Shown in pieces: positions 46,747 through 55,416 of a stretch of 64,000 nt of DNA. Numbering within the stretch: position 1 is the first letter of the stretch; each line of letters opens with the position of its first letter. The notes under the pieces are model-generated. The model was not told where the DNA came from. It saw only the letters and a list, made by a program, of their open reading frames with translations, and did not search any database. A program made the position numbers and the translations under genes. Source of the stretch: Patescibacteria group bacterium (GTDB lineage: Bacteria > Patescibacteriota > Microgenomatia > Daviesbacterales > UBA10151); the NCBI GenBank assembly GCA_038064895.1, contig JBBTSA010000010.1, forward strand, positions 118,616-182,615. The letters are read 5' to 3'.

Positions 46747-48327
46747 TTATAATTTTTTTGACTTCAAATCTTCTAATATTATTTGCGTGATATTAAATAT
46801 TTTTTTATCTTTAAATCGAAATGCTCTAAACTCTGATACATTATATCTGGTTTTAGCTGTCCTTATATTAAATTGACTCATAGCACATAAACCATCCTGT
46901 TCAAAATACTCACCTCTATTGTTGTAAGAGATTATTAACTGATTTCTTTCAGTTACATAGCTTACACACCCTAAGAAATTAGGTTTTTTGAAATAAAGCA
47001 TCCAATATTCAAAATACCCCAAATTGGAAGAAACTGCATAAAACTGATGTAATCTTGGATCATGAAGTCCCTCAAAATAAACAAACACATTGAGCTGGTT
47101 TTTAGTAAGTGATCCAAGCACTTGATTTTGCATATAACTTTGGTCTTTCCACCCAGTTCCCCGAGATAACAAATCATTAAAGTACCTATTAATCTCATTA
47201 AAGCTTACTAAAGCTACAATAAAGAAAAGAAAAAAAATAATAAATAAATATCTTAGCTGCTTAAATTTAATCCATAATTCATAAAATAAACATAGTAATC
47301 CTGCGATAAAAAGACTTATTCCCATTGAAGGAATTATTAAATACCAGTGAACGGAATCAGAGATATGAAAAGCCTTACTCTGAAATATCCATGTAGCTAT
47401 TAGAAAAAAGAAAGCAAAGAAGGGTCCGAAAAATAATAAAAAGAATTTATTCAGCTTACTTCCTCTCTTAATCCAGATTATCAGGTAACCGGATGATAAA
47501 ACTATAAGAAAAATGCCCAGTAAAGAAGCCGATATTCCCAAAATCTTAAGCTGATCATTCCCCAGTAATGTATACCCGAGAGCCTCCAACGGAGCAAGAG
47601 AAAAATACCAGTTACCTGTTTTTAAATCATTAACAAAGGCAAAAGAACCCAAACTACCTATTGCCAAAAAAATTATAGGCATATAAAAAATAAGTAGTCT
47701 CGTGAATGATTGAAAGAAAAACCTAATTTTTTTATTCCTAAATATTAAATAAATTTCAATTAAAATAATTAATCCTAATATGGGATATATTCTTATTGGA
47801 GAAAGTATGAATGTCAAAAATAAAATTATAGATGACAAAATTGTTAATCTCATAGATTTCTTGGTTACACAAAAGTAGTAAGATAAAAAGAATAAATTCA
47901 TAAAGGCAATTGCTAAATATTCGCTACCTTTAACAACATGCTTAAAGGCCCCTGCCGATGAATGAATTATTGAAAATATTATTGCTGCGCTGCTTGCTAA
48001 AAAATAACTTCTAAAAAGCTTATAAATTAGGATAAAGAGAGTAATTGATGCAAAAATTTTAAAGCAAATATTAATAATTTGAAACAGTTGGTAATTTATA
48101 CCAAAAAGTGATTCGAGAATGCCGATGTAATAAAACTGAATTGTGGTGTAAGGTCCCCTAATCATCCAGGCATCTAAAGCTTTATCGAAGGGATGCGGAT
48201 CGAATGTTTTATAAGCAAACAACAGTTGCCAGTCGTCTCCAGTCAAACCACTGTTTAGAATAACTTGCGAAAACAAGAAGGTAAGTACTGTACATGCTAA
48301 TAGTGTAAATATAACGTATAATTTCAT
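46747..48327 (-). CDS. Polytopic membrane protein, family C member 5 (526 aa, shorter C-terminus)
   Basis: LTGDDWQLLFAYKTFDPHPFDKALDAWMIRGPYTTIQFYYIGILESLFGINYQLFQ and C-terminus SEFRAFRFKDKKIF. Confidence 0.5.
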   Translation of the reverse strand: MKLYVIFTLLACTVLTFLFSQVILNSGLTGDDWQLLFAYKTFDPHPFDKALDAWMIRGPYTTIQFYYIGILESLFGINYQLFQIINICFKIFASITLFILIYKLFRSYFLASSAAIIFSIIHSSAGAFKHVVKGSEYLAIAFMNLFFLSYYFCVTKKSMRLTILSSIILFLTFILSPIRIYPILGLIILIEIYLIFRNKKIRFFFQSFTRLLIFYMPIIFLAIGSLGSFAFVNDLKTGNWYFSLAPLEALGYTLLGNDQLKILGISASLLGIFLIVLSSGYLIIWIKRGSKLNKFFLLFFGPFFAFFFLIATWIFQSKAFHISDSVHWYLIIPSMGISLFIAGLLCLFYELWIKFKQLRYLFIIFFLFFIVALVSFNEINRYFNDLLSRGTGWKDQSYMQNQVLGSLTKNQLNVFVYFEGLHDPRLHQFYAVSSNLGYFEYWMLYFKKPNFLGCVSYVTERNQLIISYNNRGEYFEQDGLCAMSQFNIRTAKTRYNVSEFRAFRFKDKKIFNITQIILEDLKSKKL

Positions 48328-48330
48328 TAT

Positions 48331-49086
48331 ATGAAGGAAAAGAAATCTAAGATTGTAGTCATTTTTTTAGCATATAATGCTTCTAAAACTTTAGAAAAAT
48401 TCTACTTAGAATTTCCTAAAAAATTTGTTTCGGATATCATCTTAGTTGATGATGCATCCAAAGACAATACTTTCAAAATAGCCAAAAAGTTGGGAATTAA
48501 ATCATTCAGAAATCCTGTGAATTTAGGTTATGGGGGAAATATGAAAAGAGCTTTAAATCTGGCGCTTGCAAGTGGAGCAAATATCGTCATCGATATTCAT
48601 CCGGATGGTGAATATAAACCTTCAGCCATTCCATATGCCATAAAAAAAATAGAGTCGGGAGCAGAATTTGTTTTGGGAAATCGTTTTACCAATTTTTACA
48701 ATCCTTTAACAAGTGGAATGTATATTTGGAAATGGCTTCCTATTAGGCTTTTAAATTTTCTGGATACGATTATTCTAGGCATAAACTTAGACGACTTTCA
48801 TCAAGGCTTTAGAGTTTATACTAAAAAAATGCTTGAGCGGATAAATTATCAGTCAAATTCCAATAATTATTTATTTAGCTTTGAATTAATAGCCCAAGCA
48901 GTCTATCACAAAGTTAAAATATCCCAGGTCCCTGTAGAAACCAGCTACACCGGCAAAAAACGAGGAGCTAGCTTAATAAATAGTATTAAATATTCAATGG
49001 GTACATTCAAAGTACTGTTACTCTTTATGATGGCTAAGTTAGGATTTAGAATACAACTTTTCCAGTCTAAACAATTGTCAGTTTAG
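48331..49086 (+). CDS. Glycosyltransferase family 2
   Basis: KIVVIFLAYNASKTLEKFYLEFPKKFVSDIILVDDASKDNTFKIAKKLG and DIHPDGEY. Confidence 0.7.
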   Translation: MKEKKSKIVVIFLAYNASKTLEKFYLEFPKKFVSDIILVDDASKDNTFKIAKKLGIKSFRNPVNLGYGGNMKRALNLALASGANIVIDIHPDGEYKPSAIPYAIKKIESGAEFVLGNRFTNFYNPLTSGMYIWKWLPIRLLNFLDTIILGINLDDFHQGFRVYTKKMLERINYQSNSNNYLFSFELIAQAVYHKVKISQVPVETSYTGKKRGASLINSIKYSMGTFKVLLLFMMAKLGFRIQLFQSKQLSV

Positions 49087-50305
49087 GGATAGCAAGAATA
49101 AATCTTCCACCCTTTTTCCTGTACTCCGCTTGTTTTTTTATTATCTCATCAGCAAAATTCCAAGCCAAAAGCAGGGTATAGTCTGGTTGATCCTCCAGCA
49201 ACTTTGACTCCGGAAAAATCGGGATGTGCATACCGGGAGTAAATTTCCCCTGCTTATAAGGGATTGAGTCAACTATATAATCAAGTGTTTCAGGTCCAAT
49301 TCTGCAATAATTCAGAATTATATTTCCTTTTGCAGATGCTCCGTATCCTACAATCTGTTTGTTTTCCAAACGCAGTCCCCAAAGAAGCTGTACTAATTCA
49401 TGCCTTACCTTATCTACCCTCCGTCTAAATTTTAAGTATGTTTTGGGGTTTAAGATTCCTCTTTTCTTCTCAAGTTGTAGTAACTGTTTTACACATCTAC
49501 TTTCTTTTCCAGTATTTCCAACAAAAACCCTAACTGAGCCGCCATGGACTGGAATTCTTTGGATATCTATTAACCAAAGTTTATGTCTTTTTAACAGTTT
49601 TTCGAGTGGAGTAATCGAAAAATACGAAAGGTGCTCCTGATAAATAGTATCAAACTCTACCTTCCCAATTAGATCAATAAGATATGGGAATTCGGCAATA
49701 AATAATCCATCATCAGAAAGCAATACTTTTATACCTTCCAAAAAATCATGTAAATTGTGCACATGAGCAACAACATTTGTAGCCGTAATAATTTTGACCT
49801 GACCATACTCTTTTTTTATTACTTTTGCCAACTCTTTTGTAAACAAAGCACATATTGTTTTGACTCCTTCCAAATTTGCCTTTTTCACAAGATTTTCAGC
49901 AGGATCAACACCCAAAATCTTCATCCGCAAGGCCTTAAATGCTTTAAGTAGTGTTCCGTCATTGCTTCCAATATCTAAGACCAAATCTCCCTCTTTAGCA
50001 TAAGTCTTTGCGATTGCTTTCTTGGCTAAATCAGCGAAGTGGGTGCGCATTGTTTCAGAAGTAGAGGGAATATACACATAATTTTTAAACATAACTTTGG
50101 GGGAAACCACATGAGCAAGTTGCACCAATCCGCAATCCCTGCAAAAACAAACATCCAGAGGATAAAATTTCTCTGCCTTGTGACGATAATCTGCTTTTAA
50201 AAATCCGTTAGGTACCGGTGTTGGCCCCAGCTGTAAAAACAGTAACAAATTATTACTATCACAAGCCCGACAAACTTCCAGTTTAAATACTTCTTTTTTA
50301 AGCAT
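49067..50305 (-). CDS. NDP-hexose C-methyltransferase-like (Zn-binding N-domain plus class I MTase plus C-terminal domain; TylCIII/NovU/Coq5-sugar-C-MT architecture)
   Basis: CRACDSNNLLLFLQLGPTPVPNGFLKADYRHKAEKFYPLDVCFCRDCGLVQL (the CxxC...L..G..P....F.....E..YPL...C..CGLVQL block typical of this family). MTase motif VLDIGSNDGTLLKAF. 412 aa as in characterised sugar 3-C-methyltransferases. Confidence 0.7.
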   Translation of the reverse strand: MLKKEVFKLEVCRACDSNNLLLFLQLGPTPVPNGFLKADYRHKAEKFYPLDVCFCRDCGLVQLAHVVSPKVMFKNYVYIPSTSETMRTHFADLAKKAIAKTYAKEGDLVLDIGSNDGTLLKAFKALRMKILGVDPAENLVKKANLEGVKTICALFTKELAKVIKKEYGQVKIITATNVVAHVHNLHDFLEGIKVLLSDDGLFIAEFPYLIDLIGKVEFDTIYQEHLSYFSITPLEKLLKRHKLWLIDIQRIPVHGGSVRVFVGNTGKESRCVKQLLQLEKKRGILNPKTYLKFRRRVDKVRHELVQLLWGLRLENKQIVGYGASAKGNIILNYCRIGPETLDYIVDSIPYKQGKFTPGMHIPIFPESKLLEDQPDYTLLLAWNFADEIIKKQAEYRKKGGRFILAIPKLTIV

Positions 50306-50344
50306 TGAGACATTCTATCCTGAAGGAATTGTGATTTCAAGCAC

Positions 50345-50842
50345 TCACTTTAAACGCTCTGATAGGATTTTTAGGGTATTTATATCATGTTGAATCAACA
50401 TCCAAAAGCTGGTATTTGCTGGGTAAACATCTCTTAACTTTTCTAAAAATTTACCGTATACTTCAAACTCTTTAATAGTTTTTTCCTTATCTTTAGAGTT
50501 TTGCTTGATTAACTCATCTGTCAATATTCCTGCATGGAAAGCAAATCTTTCGCTGGCTTGTTGCACCTCCGATAAAAGTTTTTTCTCAACTACAAAATTA
50601 AGTTCTGACAGTTTAATTTTCAATTGGGATTGATAAAAATTAATTTTTGACTGCCTGCTGAATTGTAGTTTACCTAACCCTTTTTCCCACAATCTTTTAA
50701 AGGAATAATAAAAAGAACCGGGATTTATAGCCTCATTTTTCAGACTGATACTTTCTTCAGCTGCACCTATTGCTAGAGGTTGACAAATTATGAGAAAAAC
50801 AACAAAAATAGAAAAGATTAATTTTTTGGTTGCAGAATTCAT
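50345..50842 (-). CDS. Hypothetical exported protein (N-terminal signal peptide / TM anchor)
   Basis: MNSATKKLIFSIFVVFLIICQPLAIGAAEE, then a helical, charged 130 aa with no recognised motif. Confidence 0.4.
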   Translation of the reverse strand: MNSATKKLIFSIFVVFLIICQPLAIGAAEESISLKNEAINPGSFYYSFKRLWEKGLGKLQFSRQSKINFYQSQLKIKLSELNFVVEKKLLSEVQQASERFAFHAGILTDELIKQNSKDKEKTIKEFEVYGKFLEKLRDVYPANTSFWMLIQHDINTLKILSERLK

Positions 50843-50910
50843 TGGAAGGATTATACATTATGTCAATTTTAAAAATCAATAAGTTAGACTATACTTTCAA
50901 CTAGAAGATT
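50843..50910. promoter_or_regulatory. Divergent intergenic region (68 nt) between 50345..50842 (-) and 50911..51651 (+); candidate -10 TATACT about 12 nt upstream of the ATG at 50911
   Basis: AT-rich spacer between divergent genes; weak sigma70-like hexamer only. Confidence 0.25.
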
Positions 50911-51651
50911 ATGAAAAAATATCTATATGAGGATCTATATCTTTTGGAAGAGAAACATTGGTGGCATATTTCAAAAAGAGAAGCAGTACTAAGTTTAATC
51001 AAGGAATATGCAAAAGGAAATAGAATTAAAATTCTAGATGTTGGTTGCGGGACTGGAAGGAATATGGAGGAATTTAAGAAGCTTGGGGATGTTTGGGGAT
51101 TAGATAGCTCTCTCATTGCTCTAAACTACTGTAGAAAAAGAGGGCTTAAGAATCTTAAGTTGGGGTCCGCCGAAAACACTTCACTGGAGACATCTTCCTT
51201 TGATGTAGTCACTCTACTTGATGTATTGGAGCATACAGATGATAATAAAACCTTAAAAGAAATGGCTCGTATTCTTAAGAGAAATGGAATTCTAATATTA
51301 ACTGTTCCAGCTTTTCCATGGCTGTGGAGTAAATGGGATGAAGTTCTACATCATAAAAGAAGATATACCATAAACACTTTTAAAAAAATGTTAGACTCTT
51401 ATGATTTTCATCCGGTTAAAATGACTTATCTGTATTCTTTTCTAGTCTTGCCCACATTAATTATTAGAAAAATTAAACAAAAATTTTCAAAAAATTTTTA
51501 TCCATCAGATTTTACATTATCAACTCCTCTTTTGAACTTCATATTGAATAATCTGTCAAGACTGGAGTTTTTTCTTTCAGGAAAATTTTATATACCCTTT
51601 GGTACATCTATTGTAGTAGTAGCAAAAAAGAATGATCAAAAAACTACCTAA
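50911..51651 (+). CDS. Class I SAM-dependent methyltransferase
   Basis: ILDVGCGTGRNMEEFKKLGDVWGLDSS and FDVVTLLDVLEHTDDNKTLKEMARILKRNGILILTVP. Confidence 0.75.
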   Translation: MKKYLYEDLYLLEEKHWWHISKREAVLSLIKEYAKGNRIKILDVGCGTGRNMEEFKKLGDVWGLDSSLIALNYCRKRGLKNLKLGSAENTSLETSSFDVVTLLDVLEHTDDNKTLKEMARILKRNGILILTVPAFPWLWSKWDEVLHHKRRYTINTFKKMLDSYDFHPVKMTYLYSFLVLPTLIIRKIKQKFSKNFYPSDFTLSTPLLNFILNNLSRLEFFLSGKFYIPFGTSIVVVAKKNDQKTT

Positions 51652-52366
51652 ATTTCCTTTTATTTCTATAGTTATTCCTCTTTATAATGAGGAGAGAAGA
51701 GTTTCGAATTTATCGAAAATCTACAAATATTTTGATAGAACTAACTTAAAGTATGAAGTCATATTGATAAATGACGGAAGCAAGGATAAAACCCTTAGGA
51801 AATTAAATGAAATATCTAAAAATTTTAAGTTTAACCTTATTTCTTACTCCCAAAATCGAGGTAAAGGTTATGCCATAAGAGTGGGAATGATCAAGGCAAG
51901 GGGGCAATACAGATTATTTACTGATATAGATTTGTCTACCCCAATAGAAGAATTTAATAAATTTCTACCGAACTTAAAAGAATACGATATTATCATTGGC
52001 TCAAGAAAGAAGAGGGGGTCAAAACTAATTATCCGCCAACCAAAGCTGCGAGAAAAGTTAGGCAAAGGATTTACTAAATTATCTCAACTTTGTTTAGGAC
52101 TAAATTTAACAGATTTCACTTGTGGTTACAAATGTTTTTCCAAGGAAGCTACAAAAAAAATTTTTTCTAAACAGAGGATTAATCGCTGGGGGTTTGATAC
52201 AGAAATTCTCTTTATTGGTAAAAAAAAGGGGCTTTCTATTAAAGAGATTCCTGTAATTTGGAAAAACGACCCTGAAACTAAAGTTAAACTACCTTTGGAT
52301 ATTATTACCTCCTTTCTTGATCTTCTTAAAATCCGCTACGCAAGTTTCAGGAAGCTTTATGACTAA
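51632..52366 (+). CDS. GT2 polyprenyl-phosphate glycosyltransferase, DPM1/GtrB-like
   Basis: ISIVIPLYNEERRVSNLSKI...YEVILINDGSKDKTLRKL...FTDIDLSTP. 244 aa. Confidence 0.7.
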   Translation: MIKKLPKFPFISIVIPLYNEERRVSNLSKIYKYFDRTNLKYEVILINDGSKDKTLRKLNEISKNFKFNLISYSQNRGKGYAIRVGMIKARGQYRLFTDIDLSTPIEEFNKFLPNLKEYDIIIGSRKKRGSKLIIRQPKLREKLGKGFTKLSQLCLGLNLTDFTCGYKCFSKEATKKIFSKQRINRWGFDTEILFIGKKKGLSIKEIPVIWKNDPETKVKLPLDIITSFLDLLKIRYASFRKLYD

Positions 52367-53316
52367 TCCCCCAACGCTTTAATCCATTTTATAATTGTTG
52401 GTACCTCTTTTTCCAGCTTTTTCTCAACTTTCCATCCCAAAATAGCTCTTGCTTTTTTAGAAGAGGGTACTCGACGTTTAATATCATATTTAAACGGGCG
52501 GACATATTTTACCTTAAAGGGCCTTTTTATATTACATTTTCCCCAAAGCAATTTTGCTAAATCAATCATCCTGATCTCTTTTTCAGAACCGATATTAAAA
52601 TCCTCATTTGTTGCTCTTTCAGACTCTATTGCTAAAATAATTCCTCTGGCAATATCTGAAACATGAGTAAAGCACCTGGTTTGTTGACCATTTCCCAAAA
52701 GTTCTAAAGGATATTGACCGGATAGAATTTTTTTAATTAGATCCGGTATAACATGTGCATAACCAACCTCCTCCCCTGGTGCTTCATTAATACCGTAAGC
52801 ATTAAATGGTCTAATGATAGTATAGTTTAATCCATATTCATCATGAAATGCCTTACAATACCATTCTCCTACTAATTTTGAGAATCCATAACTACTCACA
52901 GGTGGTGGAATTTTTTCTAAATCACTTTCTTTACTGGGAAATTTTTTTGTTGACTCAAAAACCATTGATGAGGAAAGATAAATTATTCTTTTTATTTTTT
53001 TTTCAACTGCCGCCTCAAAAACAGCAGAGTACATTTTGTTATTTTCAGAAAGAATTGTTGCCGGGTATTTGTGGAAATATCCAATACCCCCAATTTTAGC
53101 AGCCAAATGGATACAAATATCCATCCCATCCAAGGCCTTTAATGCAACTTCTTTATTCGTAAGATCAATTTTTAAAAATTCACATTTAAGAAGAACCTTA
53201 GCTTCTTTCTTGCTTAAATCATCAGCTACTCTAACCTTATATCCTTTTTCAAGTAACTGTTTAACAACTTCACTGCCTATAAAACCAGCTCCTCCAGTCA
53301 CCAAAACTTTAGTCAT
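52363..53316 (-). CDS. Extended-SDR NAD-dependent NDP-sugar epimerase/dehydratase
   Basis: KVLVTGGAGFIGSEVVKQL, YGFSKLVGEWYCKAF, IIRPFNAYG. Immediately downstream of the UDP-sugar 6-dehydrogenase. Confidence 0.7.
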   Translation of the reverse strand: MTKVLVTGGAGFIGSEVVKQLLEKGYKVRVADDLSKKEAKVLLKCEFLKIDLTNKEVALKALDGMDICIHLAAKIGGIGYFHKYPATILSENNKMYSAVFEAAVEKKIKRIIYLSSSMVFESTKKFPSKESDLEKIPPPVSSYGFSKLVGEWYCKAFHDEYGLNYTIIRPFNAYGINEAPGEEVGYAHVIPDLIKKILSGQYPLELLGNGQQTRCFTHVSDIARGIILAIESERATNEDFNIGSEKEIRMIDLAKLLWGKCNIKRPFKVKYVRPFKYDIKRRVPSSKKARAILGWKVEKKLEKEVPTIIKWIKALGD

Positions 53317-53321
53317 CTTAT

Positions 53322-54572
53322 CTATTTTATATCCTTAAGGGAAAAAATAATCTTTCCAGTACCAAACACATTCCAAATATCACAAACCAAACAATTTTTA
53401 GCCACCAATTTTTTTAAAGTACTCAATTTGAGTTTATAAAATTGATTGTGGTTTGTAGCTAATATAACTACATCAGAGTCTCTTAAGGTTTCGGTAAGAG
53501 GTGAGGATGGTATAAATGGATCAGAAGATAATACTTTTGCACCCTCGGTCATTAAGTAATTTTGCAACTTTAAAGATAATGAATACCTCATATCATCTAT
53601 GTTCTTTTTAAAGGCTAGTCCTAGTAATGCTACTTTTTTACCAACCAAGTTACCTAATCTTTCCTTAATTTTATGTAGTATAAATCCAGGAATATTTTCA
53701 TTTAATCTCCAAGCGGCCGCGACCAAATCCAAATACGGGCTTTTATCTAGCAAGAAAAAACCATCCTTAACTAGACAAGGACCCGCTGTAAACCCTGGTC
53801 CCTTTAATCCACCTCTTTTATATCCATCATTAACTAATCTTAATATTTCATAAATATCTCTTTGATGATCATCTGCAATGAGTAAGAATTCATTCCCTAT
53901 TGCAAAATCAATATAGCGATACATATTGGAATAAAGTTTTGCCAATTCTGCAGATCTTGAATCTGTGTAAAGTATTTTCTTAGTTAATTTTTGAAAAATT
54001 TTGGCAGCTATTTTAGCGCTCTCTCGATCTACTGTTCCAATAATTTGTGGTATCTCATATAGTTCCTCAACTGCTTTGCCTTCGGCAATCCTTTCAGGAC
54101 AATAGGCAAGATACAAATCTTTCCCCACCTTCCAATTGTATTTTTCTAACAGATATCTATCAATATATTCAGTCGTTCCTGGAGTAACAGTGCTCCTTAA
54201 AACCAGCAGTTGCTTTTTTTTAAAATGTGAAGAAAACTTCTCTAGAAATCCTGTTACTTGGGTAACATCTGGACTGAAATTATCACTCATCGGGGTACCA
54301 AGGGTAAGAATAATCGCAGAAGATTGAGATAAAATTTTTGCAAGTTCATTCTCATGTCTAACTACAAATCCATTATTGTATAGCTTTTTCAGAAGTGGTT
54401 CTGCTCCTTCTTCTGTAAATGGCAAATGACCTTTACTGATAGTCTCAAGTAACTTTGTTGATACATCAACGCCTACTACATTGAATCCTTCATTTGCTAA
54501 TACTAAGGCAAGTGGTAATCCTACTCTGCCAATTCCCACAATGATCAAATTTTTGTTTAATAACTGACCCAT
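53322..54572 (-). CDS. UDP-sugar 6-dehydrogenase (UDP-glucose/GDP-mannose dehydrogenase family; WbpA/WecC-like)
   Basis: LIIVGIGRVGLPLALVLANEGFNVVGVDVS N-terminal Rossmann, central GPGFTAGPCLVKD-type region, length 416 aa. Confidence 0.75.
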   Translation of the reverse strand: MGQLLNKNLIIVGIGRVGLPLALVLANEGFNVVGVDVSTKLLETISKGHLPFTEEGAEPLLKKLYNNGFVVRHENELAKILSQSSAIILTLGTPMSDNFSPDVTQVTGFLEKFSSHFKKKQLLVLRSTVTPGTTEYIDRYLLEKYNWKVGKDLYLAYCPERIAEGKAVEELYEIPQIIGTVDRESAKIAAKIFQKLTKKILYTDSRSAELAKLYSNMYRYIDFAIGNEFLLIADDHQRDIYEILRLVNDGYKRGGLKGPGFTAGPCLVKDGFFLLDKSPYLDLVAAAWRLNENIPGFILHKIKERLGNLVGKKVALLGLAFKKNIDDMRYSLSLKLQNYLMTEGAKVLSSDPFIPSSPLTETLRDSDVVILATNHNQFYKLKLSTLKKLVAKNCLVCDIWNVFGTGKIIFSLKDIK

Positions 54573-54627
54573 ATTTTTAGGATATTAAACTAATTAACTT
54601 ACAAAATCAACACAGATTGACTTCTGT

Positions 54628-55416
54628 TTGTGGTTTCTGATAATGTATCCTTCCAAAAGAGAAATGAAAATAAAAAAAATAGTTAGTATAATTCTCACCT
54701 CTTATAATGAGGAAAAAAATATTGGAAGAACAATAAAAGATTGCAAAACTTTACAAAAATTTTTCCCAATTGAAATAATCGTGGTTGATGCCGCATCAAA
54801 AGATAAAACAATAGAAATTGCAAAAAAAATGAGGGTTGACAGGATTATTCAGTTTCCCTTTAAACGAGGCAAAGGTGCAGATTTTTGGGTAGCAGGTTGT
54901 GTTGCAAAAGGTGATTACATAATTCAGATAGATGCAGATCACCAATTTCAACCCTATGAAATTCCTTTGTTTGTTGATTCATTAAACAAAAGGGCTGATA
55001 TTGTGATAGGAACAAGATTTGGTGGAGGAAAAATTGAAAAGGGATCTGTAAGTTTCAGAAACCTTTTTGGTAATTGGCTTATGTCTTTGGCAACTTCAAT
55101 AGCATGTGGAAGGAGAATAACAGATGTAATGGCAGGTTTTAAAGGATTTAGAAGAGAAGCTTTTTTAGCACTGGATTTACAAGAAAGACATTTTGAATAT
55201 GAAGCGGAAACAGTTACCAAGGCAGTGAAAATGGGAATGAATTTGGAACAAATTCCAATTACCTATACAAAAAGGGTGGGAGGAGTCTCCGGCATCAAGG
55301 CTATACGGGATGGTTTAAATGTATGCAAAGCCATTGTAAAAGTTTACTTTAGTAATTTACCAAATTATCATGAACTCTTTGCTAAATCCTCTTTAAAACA
55401 TAAACCTCATTATTGA
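54628..55416 (+). CDS. GT2 polyprenyl-phosphate glycosyltransferase, DPM1/GtrB-like
   Basis: VSIILTSYNEEKNIGRTIKDCKTL...IEIIVVDAASKDKTIEIAKKM...IIQIDADHQFQPYEI. The start is probably MKIKK at about 54664. Convergent overlap with family-A GT-C 55382..57733. Confidence 0.7.
   Translation: MWFLIMYPSKREMKIKKIVSIILTSYNEEKNIGRTIKDCKTLQKFFPIEIIVVDAASKDKTIEIAKKMRVDRIIQFPFKRGKGADFWVAGCVAKGDYIIQIDADHQFQPYEIPLFVDSLNKRADIVIGTRFGGGKIEKGSVSFRNLFGNWLMSLATSIACGRRITDVMAGFKGFRREAFLALDLQERHFEYEAETVTKAVKMGMNLEQIPITYTKRVGGVSGIKAIRDGLNVCKAIVKVYFSNLPNYHELFAKSSLKHKPHY

Noticed and set aside
37233-48327. Family C as simple Wzy O-antigen polymerase paralogs
   Set aside because: Wzy proteins are usually about 400-450 aa with no conserved soluble C-terminal domain. 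These are 526-630 aa with a conserved 120-150 aa C-terminal domain (GLC..NGK...NFYAFKLK) and an N-terminal DDW loop motif. This cannot be fully excluded without profile searches.
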